Assembly: GCA_964016885.1 (NCBI GenBank) | Contig: OZ024743.1 | Coordinates: 176,638,001-176,702,000, forward strand | Origin: Eledone cirrhosa | Lineage: Eukaryota | Direction of reading: 5' to 3' | Length of the DNA: 64,000 nt | Part shown: piece by piece, positions 1 through 14,318 of the stretch | Layout: each line of letters begins with the position of its first letter | Numbering within the stretch: the stretch's first letter is position 1 | Notes under the pieces: generated by a model | The model's input: the letters and a program-made list of their open reading frames with translations, nothing else | Told to the model about the DNA's origin: nothing | Database searches by the model: none | Program-made: the position numbers and the translations under genes

Positions 1-3000
1 GGTATTGTGTGTTAGTGTGTGTAGTAGGTATTTTCTATAGTAGTTATTGTGTGTTAGTGTGTGTAGTAGGTATTGTGTGTAGTGTGTGTAGTAGGTATTG
101 TGTGTTAGTGTGTGTCGTAGGTATTGTGTGTTTGTGTGTGTAGTAGGTATTGTGTGTTAGTGTGTGTAGTAGGTATTGTGTGTTAGTGTGTGTAGTAGGT
201 ATTAGGTGTTAGAGTGTGTCGTAGGTATTGTGTGTTAGTGTGTGTAGTAGGTATTGTGTGTTAGTGTCTATAGTAGCTATTGTGTGTTAGTGTGTGTAGT
301 AGGTAATGTGTGTTAGTGTGTGTAGTAGGTATTGTGTGTTAGTGCCTATAGTAGGTATTGTGTGTTAGTGTGTGTAGTAGGTATTGTGTGTTAGTGTGTG
401 TAGTAGGTATTTTCTATAGTAGTTATTGTGTGTTAGTGTGTGTAGTAGGTATTGTGTGTAGTGTGTGTAGTAGGTATTGTGTGTTAGTGTGTGTCGTAGG
501 TATTGTGTGTTAGTGTGTGTAGTAGGTATTGTGTGTTAGTGTCTATAGTAGATATTGTGTGTTAGTGTGTGTAGTAGGTATTGTGTGTTAGTGTGTGTAG
601 TAGGTATTTTCTATAGTAGGTATTGCGTGTTAGTGTGTAGTAGGTATTGTGTGTTAGTGTGTATAGTAGGTATTGTGTGTTAGTTTGTGTAGTAGGTATT
701 GTGTGTTAGTGAGTGTAGTAGGTATTGTGTGTTAGTGTGTGTAGTAGTTATTGTTTGTTAGTGTGTGTAGTAGGCATTGTGTGTTAGTGTGTGTAGTAGG
801 TATTGTGTGTTAGTTTGTGTAGTAGGTATTGTGTGTTAGTGTGTGTAGAAGGTATTGTCTATAGTAGGTATTGTGTGTTAGTGTGTGTAGTAGGTATTGT
901 GTGTTAGTGTGTGTAGTAGGTATTTTCTATAGTAGGTATTGCGTGTTAGTGTGTGTAGTAGGTATTGTGTGTTAGTGTGTATAGTAGGTATTGTGTGTTA
1001 GTTTGTGTAGTAGGTATTGTGTGTTAGTGAGTGTAGTAGGTATTGTGTGTTAGTGTGTGTAGTAGGTATTGTGTGTTAGATTGTGTAGTAGGTATTGTGT
1101 GTTAGTGTGTGTAGTAGGTATTGTGTGTTAGTGTGTGTAGTAGGTTTTGTGTGTTAGTGTGTGTAGTATGTATTGTGTGTTAGTGTGTGTAGTTGGTATT
1201 GTGTGTTAGTGTGTGTAGTAGGTATTGTGTGTTAGTGTGTGTAGAAGGTATTGTCTATAGTAGGTATTGTGTGTTAGTGTGTGTAGTAGGTATTGTATTT
1301 AGTGTGTATAGTAAGTATTGTGTATTAGTGTGTGTAGTAGGTATTGTGTGTTAGTGTGTGTAGTAGGTATTGTGTGTTAGTGTCTGTGGTAGGTATTGTG
1401 TGTTAGTGTGTATAGTAGGTATTGTGTGTTAGTGTGTGTAGTAGGTATTGTGTGTTAGTGTGTGTAGTAGGTATTGTGTGTTAGTGTGTGTAGTAGGTAT
1501 TGTGTGTTAGTGTGTGTAGTAGGTTTTGTGTGTTAGTGTGTGTAGTATGTATTGTGTGTTAGTGTGTGTAGTTGGTATTGTGTGTTAGTGTGTGTAGTAG
1601 GTATTGTGTGTTAGTGTGTGTAGAAGGTATTGTCTATAGTAGGTATTGTGTGTTAGTGTGTGTAGAAGATATTGTGTGTTAGTGTGTATAGTAAGTATTG
1701 TGTGATAGTGTGTGTAGTAGGTATTGTGTGTTAGTGAGTGTAGTAGGTATTGTGTGTTAGTGTGTGTAGTAGGTATTGTGTGTTAGTGTGTGTAGTAGGT
1801 ATTGTGTGTATAGTAGGTATTGTGTGTTAGTGTGTGTAGTAGGTATTGTGTGTTAGTGTGTATAGCAGGTATTGTGTGTTAGTTTGTGTAGTAGGTATTG
1901 TGTGTTAGTGAGTGTAGTATGTATTGTGTGTTAGTGTGTATAGTAGGTATTGTGTGTTAGTTTGTGTAGTAGGTATTGTGTGTTAGTGAGTGTAGTAGGT
2001 ATTGTGTGTTAGTGTGTGTAGTAGGTATTGTGTGTTAGTGTGTGTAGTAGGTATTTTGTGTTAGATCGTGTAGTAGGTATTGTGTGTTAGTGTGTGTAGT
2101 AGGTATTGTGTGTTAGTGTGTGTAGTAGGTATTGTGTGTTAGTGTGTGTAGTAGATATTGTCTATAGTAGGTATTGTGTGTTAGTTTGTGTAGTAGGTAT
2201 TGGTGGTGTTAGTGTTTGTAGTAGGTATTTTGTGTTAGTGTGTGTAGTAGGTATTGTGTGTTAGTGAGTGTAGTAGGTATTGTGTGTTAGTGTGTGTAGT
2301 AGGTATTGTGTGCTAGTGTGTGTAGTAGGTATTGTCTATAGTAGGTATCGTGTATTAGTGTGTGTAATAGGTATTGAGTGTTAGTGTGTGTAGTAGGTAT
2401 TTTGTGTTAGTGTGTGTAGTAGGTTTTGTGTGTTAGTGTGTGTAGTAGGTATTGTGTGTTAGTGTGTGTAGTAGGTATTGTGTGCTAGTGTGTGTAGTAG
2501 GTTTTGTCTATAGTAGGTATCGTGTATTAGTGTGTGTAGTAGGTATTGTGTGTTAGTGTGTGTAGTATGTATTGTGTGTTAGTGTGTGTAGTAGGTATTG
2601 TGTGTTAGTGTGTGTAGTAGGTATTGTGTGTTAGTGTGTGTACTAGGTATTGTGTGTTAGTGTGTGTAGTAGGTATTGTGTGTTAGTTTGTGTAGTAGGT
2701 ATTGTGTGTTAGTGTGTGTAGCAGGTATTGTGTATTAGTGTGTGTATTAGGTATTGTGTATTAGTGTGTGTAGTAGGTATTGTGTGTTAGTGTGTGTAGT
2801 AGGTATTGTGTGTTCGTTTGTGTAGTAGGTATTGTGTGTTAGTGTGTGTAGCAGGTATTGTGTGTTAGTGTGTGTAGTAGGTATTGTGTGTTAGTGTGTG
2901 TAGTAGGTATTGTGTGTTAGTGTGTGTAGTAGGTATTGTGTGTTAGTGTGTGTAGTAGGTATTGTGTGCTAGTGTGTGTAGCAGGTATTGTCTATAGTAG

Positions 3001-6000
3001 ATATTGTGTGTTAGTGTGTGTAGTAGGTATTGTGTGTTAGTGTGTATAGTAGGTATTGTGTGTTAGTGTGTGTAGCAGGTATTGTGTGTTAGTGTGTGTA
3101 GTAGTTATTGTGTTTTAGTGTATGTAGTAGGTATTGTGTGTTAGTGAGTGTAGTAGGTATTGTGTGTTAGTGTATGTAGAAGGTATTGTGTGTTAGTGTG
3201 TGTAGTAGCTATTGTGTGTTAGTGGGTGTAGTAGGTATTGCGTGTTAGTGTGTGTAGTAGGTATTGTGTGTTAGTGTGTATAGTAGGTATTGTGTGTTAG
3301 TGTGTTTAGTAGGTATTGTGTGTTAGTGTCTATAGTAGGTATTGTGTGTTAGTGTGTGTAGTAGGTATTGTGTGTTAGTGTGTGTAGTAGGTATTGTGTG
3401 TTAGTGTGTGTAGTAGGTATTGTGTGTTAGTGTGTGTAGTAGGTATTGTGTGTTAGTGTCTATAGTAGGTATTGTGTGTTAGTGTGTGTAGTAGGTATTG
3501 TGTGTTAGTGTGTGTAGGTATTGTGTGTTAGTTTGTGTAGTAGGTATTGTGTGTTGGTGAGTGTAGTAGATATTGTGTGTTAGTGTGTGTAGTAGGTATT
3601 GTGTGTTAGTGAGTGTAGTAGGCATTGTGTGTTAGTTTGTATAGTAGGTATTGTGAGTTAGTTTATGTAGTTATTGTGCGTTAGTTTGTGTAGTAGGTAT
3701 TGTGTGTTAGTGAGTGTAGTAGGTATTGTGTGTTAGTGTGAGTAATAGGTATTGTGTTAGTGTGTGTAGTAGATATTGGGTGTTAGTGTGTGTAGTAGGT
3801 ATTGTGTGTTAGTGTCTATAGTAGGTATTGGTGGTGTTAATGTGTATAGTAGGTATTGTGTATAGTAGTTATTGTGTGTTAGTGTGTGTAGTAGGTATTG
3901 TGTGTTAGTTTGTGTAGTAGGTATTGTGTGTTAGTGAGTGTAGTAGGTATTGTGTGTTAGTGTGTGTAACAGGTATTGTGTTAGTGTGTGTAGTAGATAT
4001 TGTGTGTTAGTGTGTGTAGTAGGTATTGTGTGTTAGTGTCTATAGTAGGTATTGTGTGTTAGTGTGTGTAGTAGGTATTGTGTGTTAGTGTGTATAGTAG
4101 GTATTGTGTGTTAGTGTGTGTAGTAGGTATTGTGTGTTAGCGTGTGTAGTAGGTATTGTGTGTTAGTGTGTGTCGTAGGTATTGTGTTTTAGCGTGTGTA
4201 GTAGGTATTGTGTTAGTGTGTGTAGTAGGTATTGTGTTAGTGTGTTTAGTAGGTATAGTGTGTTAGTGTCTATAGTAGGTATTGTGTGTTAGTGTGTGTA
4301 GTAGGTATTGTGTGTTAGTGTGTATAGTAGGTATTGTGTGTTAGTGTGTGTAGTAGGTATTGTGTGTTAGCGTGTGTAATAGGTATTGTGTTAGTGTGTA
4401 TAGTAGATATTGTGTGCTAGTGTGTGTAATAGGTATTGTGTGTTAGTGTGTGTAGTAGGTATTGTGTGTTAGTGGGTATAGTAGGTAGTGTCTGTTAGTG
4501 TGTATAGTAGGTATTGTGTGTTAGTGTGTATAGTAGGCATTGTGTATAGTAGGTATTGTGTGTTAGTGTGTGTAGTAGGTATTGGGTGTTAGTGTCTATA
4601 GTAGGTATTGTGTATAGTAGGTATTGTGTGTTAGTGTGTGTAGTATGTATTGTGTTTTAGCGTGTGTAGTAGGTATTGTGTTAGTGTGTGTAGTAGGCAT
4701 TGTGTGTTAGTGTCTATAGTAGGTATTGTGTGTTAGTGAGTGTAGTAGGTATTGTGTGTTGGTGAGTGTAGTAGGTATTGTGTGTTAGTGTGTGTAGTAG
4801 GTATTGTGTGTTAGTGTCTATAGTAGGTATTGTGTGTTAGTGTGTGAAGTAGGTATTATGTGTTAGTGTGTAGTAGGTATTGTGTGTTAGTGTGTGTGCA
4901 AAGTATTGTGTGTTAGTGTGTGTAGTAGGTATTGTGTGTTAGTGAGTGTAGTAGGTATTGTGTATTAGTGAGTGTAGTAGGTATTGTGTGTTAGTGTGTA
5001 TAGTAGGTATTGTGAGTTAGTTTGTGTAGTAGGTATTGTGTGTTAGTGTGTGTAGTAGGTATTGTGTGTTAGTGTGTGTAGTATGTATTGTGTGTTAGTG
5101 TGTATAGTAGGTATTGGTGGTGTTAGTGTGTATAGTAGTTATTGTGTATAGTAGTTATTGTGTGTTAGTGTGTGTAGTAGGTATTGTGTGTTAGTGTGTG
5201 TCGTAGGTATTGTGTATAGTAGGTATTGTGTGTTAGTGTGTGTAGTAGGTATTGTGTGTTAGTATGTGTAGTAGGTATTGTGTTTTAGCGTGTGTAGTAG
5301 GTATTGTGTTAGTGTGTGTAGTAGGTATTATGTTAGTGTGTGTAGTGGGTATTGTATGTTAGTGTGTGTAGTAGGTATTGTGTGTTAGTGTGTGTAGTAG
5401 GTATTGTGTGTTAGTGTGTGTAGTAGGTATTGTATGTTAGTTTGTGTAGGAGGTATTGTGTGTTAGTTTGTGTAGGAGGTATTGTGTGTTAGTGTGTATA
5501 GTAGGTATTGTCTGTTAGTGTGTGTAGTAGATATTGTGTGTTAGTGTGTGTAGTAGGTATTGTGTATAGTAGTTATTGTGTGTGAGTGTGTGTAGTAGGT
5601 ATTGTGTGTTAGTGTGTGTAGTAGGTATTGTGTTAGTGGGTGTAGTAGGTATTGTGTTAGTGTGTGTAGTAGGTATAGTGTGTTAGTGTCTATAGTAGGT
5701 ATTGTGTGTTAGTGTGTATACTAGGTATTGTGTGTTAGTGTGTATACTAGGTATTGTGTGTTAGTGTGTGTAGTAGGTATTGTGAGTTAGTTTGTGTAGT
5801 AGGTATTGTGTGTTAGTGTGTGTAGTAGGTATTGTGTGTTAGTGTATATAGTAGGTGTTGGTGGTGTTAGTGTGTATAGTAGTTATTGTGTATAGTAGTT
5901 ATTGAGTGTCAGTGTGTGTAGTAGGTATTGTGTGTTAGTGTGTGTAGTAGGTATTGTATGTTAGTTTGTGTAGGAGGTATTGTGTGTTAGTTTGTGTAGG

Positions 6001-9000
6001 AGGTATTGTGTGTTAGTGTGTATAGTAGGTATTGTCTGTTAGTGTGTGTAGTAGATATTGTGTGTTAGTGTGTGTAGTAGGTATTGTGTATAGTAGTTAT
6101 TGTGTGTTAGTGTGTGTAGTAGGTATTGTGTGTTAGTGTGTGTAGTAGGTATTGTGTTAGTGGGTGTAGTAGGTATTGTGTTAGTGTGTGTAGTAGGTAT
6201 AGTGTGTTAGTGTCTATAGTAGGTATTGTGTGTTAGTGTGCATACTAGGTATTGTGTGTTAGTGTGTATACTAGGTATTGTGTGTTAGTGTGTGTAGTAG
6301 GTATTGTGAGTTAGTTTGTGTAGTAGGTATTGTGTGTTAGTGTGTGTAGTAGGTATTGTGTGTTAGTGTATATAGTAGGTGTTGGTGGTGTTAGTGTGTA
6401 TAGTAGTTATTGTGTATAGTAGTTATTGAGTGTCAGTGTGTGTAGTAGGTATTGTGTGTTAGTGTGTGTAGTAGGTATTGTGTGTTAGTGTCTATAGTAG
6501 GTATTGTGTGTTAGTGTGTGTAGTAGGTATTGTGTATAGTAGGTATTGTGTGTTAGTGTGTGTAGTAGGTATTGTGTTTTAGCGTGTAGTAGGTATTGTG
6601 TTAGTGTGTGTAGTAGGTATTATGTTAGTGTGTGTAGTGGGTATAGTGTGTTAGTGTCTATAGTAGGTATTGTATGTTAGTGTGTGTAGTAGGTATTGTG
6701 TGTTAGGGTGTATAGTAGGTATTGTGTGTTAGTGTGTATAGTAGGAATTGTGTGTTAGTGTGTGTAGTAGGTATTGTGTGTTAGTGTGTGAAATAGGTAT
6801 TGTGTGTTAGTATGTGTAGTAGGTATTGTGTGTTAGTGTGTGTAGTAGGTATTGTGTGTTAGTGTGTGTAGTAGGTATTGTGTGTTAGTGTGTGTAGTAG
6901 GTATTGTGTGTTAGTGTGTATAGTAGGTATTGTATGTTAGTGTGTGTAGTAGGTATTGTGTGTTAGTGTGTGTAGTAGGTATTGTGTGTTAGTGTGTGTA
7001 GTAGGTATTGTGTGTTATTGTGTGTAGTAGGTATTGTGTGTTAGTTTGTGTAGGAGGTATTGTGTGTTAGTTTGTGTAGGAGGTATTGTGTGTTAGTGTG
7101 TATAGTAGGTATTGTCTGTTAGTGTGTGTAGTAGATATTGTGTGTTAGTGTGTGTAGTAGGTATTGTGTGTTAGTGTGTGTAGTAGGTATTGTGTGTTAG
7201 TGTGTGTAGTAGGTATTGTGTGTTAGTGTGTGTAGTAGGTATTGTATGTTAGTGTGTGTAGTAGGTATTGTGTGTTAGTGTGTGTAATATGTATTGTGTG
7301 TTAGTATGTGTAGTAGGTATTGTGTGTTAGTGTGTGTAGTAGGTATTCTGTGTTAGTGTGTGTAGTAGGTATTATGTGTTAGTGTGTGTAGTAGGTATTG
7401 TGTGTTAGTGTGTGTAGTAGGTATTGTGTGTTAGTGTGTGTAGAAGGTATTGTGTGTTAGTTTGTGTAGTAGGTATTGTGTGTTAGTGTGTGTAGTAGGT
7501 ATTGTGTGTTAGTTTGTGTAGGAGGTATTGTGTGTTAGTTAGTGTAGGAGGTATTGTGTGTTAGTTAGTGTAGGAGGTATTTGTGTTAGTGTGTATAGTA
7601 GGTATTGTCTGTTACTGTGTGTAGTAGATATTGTGTGTTAGTGTGTGTAGTAGGTATTGTGTGTTAGTTTGTGTAGTAGGTATTGTGTGTTAGTGTGTGT
7701 AGTAGGTATTGTGTGTTAGTTTGTGTAGGAGGTATTGTGTGTTAGTTAGTGTAGGAGGTATTTGTGTTAGTGTGTATAGTAGGTATTGTCTGTTACTGTG
7801 TGTAGTAGATATTGTGTGTTAGTGTGTGTAGTAGGTATTATGTGTTAGTGTGTGTTGTAGGTATTGTGTGTTAGTGTGTGTAGTAGGTATTGTGTGTCAG
7901 TGTGTGTAGTAGGTATTGTGTGTTAGTGTATGTAGTAGGTATGGTGTATTAATGAGTGTAGTAGGTATTGTGTGTTAGTGTGTGTAGTAGGTATGTGTGT
8001 GTTAGTGTGTGTAGTAAGTATTGTCTATTAGTGTGTGTAGTAAGTATTGTGTATTAGTGTGTGTAGTAGTTATTGTGTGTTAGTGTGTGTAGTAGGTATT
8101 GTGTGTGTAGTAGGTAGTGTGTGTTAGTGTGTGTAGTAGGTATTGTGTGTTAGTGTGTGTAGTAGGTATTGTGTGTTAGTGTGTATATTAGGTATTCTGT
8201 GTTAGTGTGTGTAGTAGATATTGTGTGTTAGTGTGTGTAGTAGGTATTGTGTGTTAGTGTGTGTAGTAGGTATTGTGTTAGTGTGTGTAGTAGGTATTGT
8301 GTGTTAGTGTGTGTAGTAGGTATTGTGTGTTAGTGTGTGTACTAGGTATTGTGTGTTAGTGTGTGTAGTAGGTATTGTGTGTTAGTGTGTGTAGTAGGTA
8401 TTGTGTGTTAGTGTGTGTAGTAAGTATTGTGTGTTAGTGTGTGTAGTATGTATTGTGTGTTAGTGTGTGTAGTAGGTATTGTGTGTTAGTGTGTGTATTA
8501 GGTATTGTGTGTTTGTGTGTGTAGTAGGTATTGTGTGTTAGTGTGTGTAGTAGGTATTGTGTGTTAGTGTGTGTAGTAGGTATTGTGTGTTAGTGTGTGT
8601 AATAGGTATTGTGTGTTAGTCTGTGTAGTAGGTATTGTGTGTTAGTGAGTGTAGTATGTATTGTGTGTTAGTGTGTGTAGTAGGTATAGTGTGTTAGTGT
8701 GTGTAGTTGGTATTGTGTTAGTGTGTGTAGTAGGTATTGTGTGTTAGTGTGTGTATTAGGTATTGTGTGTTAGTGTGTGTAGTAGGTATTGTGTGTTAGT
8801 GTGTATATTAGGTATTCTGTGTTAGTGTGTGTAGTAGATATTGTGTGTTAGTGTGTGTAGTAGGTATTGTGTGTTAGTGTGTGTAGTAGGTATTGTGTGT
8901 TAGTGTGTGTAGTAGGTATTGTGTGTTAGTGTGTGTAGTAGGTATTGTGTGTTAGTGTATGTAGTAGGTATTGTGTGTTAGTGACTGTAGTAGGTATTGT

Positions 9001-11348
9001 GTGTTAGTGTGTGTAGTAGGTATTGTGTGTTAGTGTGTGTAGTAGGTATTGTGTGTTAGTGTGTGTAATAGGTATTGTGTGTTAGTCTGTGTAGTAGGTA
9101 TTGTGTGTTAGTGAGTGTAGTATGTATTGTGTGTTAGTGTGTGTGGTAGGTATAGTGTGTTAGTGTGTGTAGTTGGTATTGTGTTAGTGTGTGTAGTAGG
9201 TATTGTGTGTTAGTGTGTGTATTAGGTATTGTGTGTTAGTGTGTGTAGTAGGTATTGTGTGTTAGTGTGTATATTAGGTATTCTGTGTTAGTGTGTGTAG
9301 TAGATATTGTGTGTTAGTGTGTGTAGTAGGTATTGTGTGTTAGTGTGTGTAGTAGGTATTGTGTGTTAGTGTGTGTAGTAGGTATTGTGTGTTAGTGTGT
9401 GTAGTAGGTATTGTGTGTTAGTGTATGTAGTAGGTATTGTGTGTTAGTGACTGTAGTAGGTATTGTGTGTTAGTGTGTGTAGTAGGTATTGTGTGTTAGT
9501 GTGTGTAGTAAGTATTGTGTGTTAGTGCGTGTAGTATGTATTGTGTGTTAGTGTATGTAATAGGTATTGTGTGTTAGTGTGTGTAGTAGGTATTGTGTGT
9601 TCGTGTGTGTCGTAGGTATTGTGTGTTAGTGTGTGTAGTAGGTATTGTGTGTTAGTGTGTGTAGTAGGTATTGTGTGTTAGTGTGTGTAGTAGGTATTGT
9701 GTGTTAGTCTGTGTAGTAGGTATTGTGTGTTAGTGAGTGTAGTATGTATTGTGTGTTAGTGTGTGTAGTAGGTATTGTGTGTTAGTGTGTGTAGTTGGTA
9801 TTGTGTTAGTGTGTGTAGTATGTATTGTGTGTTAGTGTGTGTATTAGGTATTGTGTGTTAGTGTGTGTAGTAGGTATTGTGTATTAGTGTTTGTAGTAGG
9901 TATTGTGCGTCAGTGTGTGTAGTAGGTATTGTGTGTTAGTGTATGTAATAGGTATTGTGAATTAGTGTGTGTAGTAGGTATTGTGTGTTACTGTGTGTAG
10001 TAGGTATTGTGTGTTAGTGTGTATATTAGGTATTCTGTGTTAGTGTGTGTAGTAGATATTGTGTGTTAGTGTGTGTAGTAGGTATTGTGTGTTAGTGTAT
10101 GTAGTAGGTATTGTGTTAGTGTGTGTAGTAGGTATTGTGTGTCAGTGTATGTAGTAGGTATTGTGTGTTAGTGACTGTAGTAGGTATTGTGTGTTAGTGT
10201 GTGTAGTAGGTATTGTGTGTTAGTGTGTGTAGTAAGTATTCTGTGTTAGTGTGTGTAGTATGTATTGTGTGTTAGTGTGTGTAGTAGGTATTGTGTGTTA
10301 GTGTGTGTAGTAGGTATTGTGTGTTCGTGTGTGTAGTAGGTATTGTGTGTTAGTGTGTGTAGTAGGTATTGTGTGTTAGTGTGTGTAGTAGGTATTGTGT
10401 GTTAGTGTGTGTAGTAGGTATTGTGTGTTAGTCTGTGTAGTAGGTATTGTGTGTTAGTGAGTGTAGTATGTATTGTGTGTTAGTGTGTGTAGTTGGTATT
10501 GTGTTAGTGTGTGTAGTAGGTATTGTGTGTTAGTGTGTGTATTAGGTATTGTGTGTTAGTGTGTGTAGTAGGTATTGTGTATTAGTGTGTGTAGTAGGTA
10601 TTGTGTGTCAGTGTGTGTAGTAGGTATTGTGTGTTAGTGTATGTAATAGGTATTGTGTGTTAGTGTGTGTAGTAGGTAGTGTGTGTTAGTGTGTGTAGTA
10701 GATATTGTGTGTTAGTGTGTGTAGTAGGTATTGTCTGTTAGTGTGTGTAGTAGTTATTGTGTGTTAGTGTGTGTAGTAGCTATTCTGTGTTAGTGTGTGT
10801 AGTAGGTATTGTGTGTTAGTGTGTGTAGTAGGTATTGTGTGTTAGTGAGTGTAGTAGGTATTGTGTGTTAGTGTGTGTAGTAGGTATTGTATGTTAGTGA
10901 GTGTAGTAGGTATTGTGTGTTAGTGAGTGTAGTAGGTATTGTGTGTTAGTGTGTGTAGTAGGTATTGTGTGTTAGTGTGTTCTAGTAGGTATTGTGTGTT
11001 AGTGAGTGTAGTAGGTATTGTGTGTTAGTGTGTGTAGTAGGTATTGTGTTTTAGTGTGTGTAGTAGGTATTGTGTGTTAGTGTCTATAGTAGGTATTGTG
11101 TGTTAGTGTCTATAGTAGGTATTGTGTGTTAGTGTGTGTAATAGGTATTGAGTGTTAGTGTGTGTAGTAGGTATTGTGTATAGTAGGTATTGTGTGTTAG
11201 TGTGTGTAGTAGGTATTGTGTGTTAGTTTGTGTAGTAGGTATTGTGTGCTACTGTGTGTAGTAGGTATTGTCTATAGTAGGTATTGTGTGTTAGTGTGTG
11301 TAGTAGATATTGTGTGTTAGTGTGTGTTGTAGGTATTGTGTGTTAGTA
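1..11348. repeat. 26-bp tandem satellite (GGTATTGTGTGTTAGTGTGTGTAGTA)n, runs off the left edge
   Basis: Continuous 26-bp units with point variants and shortened units; + strand almost devoid of C. Confidence 0.98.
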
Positions 11349-11594
11349 GGTATCGTGCAAGTTGTGAAATTGACCGGTTTTCGGACGTGGTTGTTCGAAG
11401 AAATATCTAGAATTCGAATTCTAACCAGCGCGCTAATTCTATATCGCTGTCTAATCGCCTGTTGGCATTTAATGTCCAGAAAGGTTTTAGGCAGTACCAT
11501 TGTTACTGTCGTATTATTTCTTGCCATGGGACTTGGAGACTGGATGCTGAGATGCAACCGTTGCTAGCAGTGAAAGCCATGCTAGTCCCGTCAA

Positions 11595-11692
<98 letters not shown>

Positions 11693-14073
11693 CTAGCAAA
11701 TGCCCACCGTTCATTGGACGGTGTTAGTTCTTGGAAGGACTGCAGTCTTAATGGTGAAATTCCGATTTAACGATGTTTAACATGGAAGATAATTTTACGT
11801 GATCAAAAATGAGATGGTATTCAAAAAGAGCATGTTTTATTTTAAGATATCTGTCATTAAAATGTGAAAATAGAGAAATATCGAAAATAGACAATAGAAA
11901 AAAATGTGAAAATAGAGAAAAATGCCTGGGGAATGTGGAAGGCTGTCTATTGAAATGAAAGAATAGTTCATTTCATCAATGGCTATTTGTTGGAAGAATA
12001 ACATTACCTATTGTGAAAAGTAAGTAATCGCAATAAGGACCAACCTGAAGGGGCTTTCAACTCCACGGAAAAACTGTTGGAGGACTGCCTTATAAACCAC
12101 ATTTTTTGTCAATCTTCCGGGAGCGTAGTAAAAGATATTGCCCGAGTTTCCAACTCTTGAACATCCCACATACAGTTGTCCGTGTGAAAAGCATGGAGTA
12201 CTGAGGTCCAGCCCAACCACTTTTAGTGACTGCCCCTGGGCTTTCTTAATGGTTATTGCAAAACTTAATCGAATAGGGAATTGGATTCTTTTCATCGGAA
12301 AGACACAGTCAGTTGGAATAAGTGGAACTCTGGAAATAAAAACAGAGTCGCCAGCGCCTTTTCCCGTAATGATTGTAGCCTCGAGAACGTCATCCAACAT
12401 TTGCGTTATAACCAAGCGTATGCCATTGCAAAACCGAGGAGGTTCCAAGTTTCTCAAGAGTATGATGGGACTTCCAAGTCTTAATCAGAGTTTATGCGCT
12501 GGCATTCCGATGGCTCTTGTTAATTTTAAAAACCCTGTTGGATAAAATGTTACTTGCGTCGGATCCGTAATCGAATCAATTGAACCATAACAACGCTCTT
12601 GGGAAGGAAGTTGACGAAGCAGACATGTGTTAAGAGCTTGGACAGTGGTATGTGTAGGAGCTAAGATGGCCCTTTCTGACATCCATTGATGACTGACGTA
12701 ATTTGTTGAGAGGTCGGGGTAAACTCTTGTGCAAATGTCCTCAGGGCTGGAGACGTAGTTACTGATGTCAACCAAACCGTTTACGTCGATTGGTAAGTTC
12801 CCATTACTAACATCCAATAACTTTGAAGCAAAGTAATTGACATCGTCTTGTTGGTCGAGAATCGATCGCATGTTGATGGTTAACTTTGTCGACTGGACGA
12901 AGCGCCAAACATGAGAATGTTTAATGCAAGCATCTATTTCATCAACTGGTTGTTTTTTTGGGACAATGGGAAGTGTTTGACGAAAATCCCCAGCAAGAAG
13001 CAGAACGACGCCACCGAACGGTTTAGAGTTGGAGCGCAGGTCTTTTAGCGTTGTATTGATTGCATCAAGTACATTCTTGTGGGACATTGTTGCCTCGTCC
13101 CAGACAATCAATTTGCATTTTTGAAAGACAGCAGCCTCATCAGAATTCTTCTTTATAGTGGTGGTCGGATTTTCAACATGACCGATATTAAGGGGAAGCT
13201 TAAATTTTGAATGGACTGTTCTGCCGCCGTCAGTGTTGCTGCTATTCCTGAAGACGTCATTGCAATGGCAATCTGTCCACGTTGGCGAACTTTGTCAAGA
13301 AGGAGGTTGAAGAGAAATGTCTTTCCTGTGACACCTGGTGCATCAAGGAAGTGGCTGCCACCGTTGGTGTCTTCAAGCTTGGTCAAAACAAAATTATAGA
13401 CATCAGCTTGTTCAAGATTCAAACGTATTTCTCTTTCTTGAACATAGGTCAATAGCCTGGCAGCATCGTAACATGTCTCCCTTAGTAGGGGGCGGTTACA
13501 AACAGCCTCATTTTCACTTTTAGGTGATTCCATACGGTAGTTCTTCAAGGGACGGTCACCCATTTCCAAAAGTATATATTCTAGAAATATGAGACCGCAG
13601 TTGTACATTTCAGGTGTAAACTGTAAATTCATGTGTGTGGACGCAAAGCGAGATTGCATTAGGATGTCCAAGCACATGCTGTCACGATATTTCTCCCAGA
13701 AAGACTGTGGATCCCCAAGACTGCAGTACACCGGCATAACGGCGAAAAGCTTACGAAGAGCAATTGGTGAATGCAACATTGATGCTTTATGGAGGGCGTG
13801 GTCATAGTGGTCATCATTTTCGAGAAGATCTAATTTGGAGCAGGCCTCTTTAAATGTTGAACAAATATGTCCATTGGCGGTACGAAGGTCTTCAAAGGAA
13901 GCTGGACCTTTGACAACGTGCAATAGAAGACGAAGGTGAAAGCATTCTGAATTGAGCGGGTGAACTGTGTACACTCTGGAGAGGGCATCAGACTATAAAA
14001 ACATCTCGCATCCTCCTTTAGCAATGTGTAAAATTTTAAGAGATCGAGTGAATACACACACAGACAGAACGGG
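11693..14073 (-). mobile_element. Helitron deletion derivative (helicase part plus 3' terminus)
   Basis: Minus-strand 3' end has hairpin CACCGT..ACGGTG (11705-11723), then CTAG|T (11693-11696) abutting (TA)n. Pif1-like helicase ORF fragments. Segment 14005-14073 matches the Helitron-like 5' end at 24690-24787. Confidence 0.9.
12008..13990 (-). pseudogene. Frameshifted Helitron Pif1-family (SF1B) helicase in three ORF pieces
   Basis: HLRLLLHVVKGPASFEDLRT, Walker A FLDAPGVTGKT, IVWDEATM, LAGDFRQTLP, QFPIRLSFAITIKKAQGQSL, FSHGQLYVGCSRV; broken by frameshifts; no HUH Rep motifs seen. Confidence 0.93.
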
Positions 14074-14262
14074 ACTCGATCTCATCGAAAATCTGTATTT
14101 GAATAAATCTGAAACAAATCAAATCAAAGAAATTTACCTGGTTGCTGTTTATAGGACTTCTAATGAAGATTTTGAATGCAAAGTCCCATAAGGATTAGAA
14201 AAACGGCTATATATATATAAATATACCTTTAAACATATGTATATATCTATCTATGCATGTAC

Positions 14263-14318
<56 letters not shown>

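Noticed and set aside
8981-9447. 466-bp higher-order period equal to the retrozyme unit length
   Set aside because: Equals 18 x 26 bp minus 2; no sequence similarity, so coincidence
1-11348. Telomeric repeat
   Set aside because: Contains TTAG/TAGG fragments but no TTAGGG or TTAGG arrays
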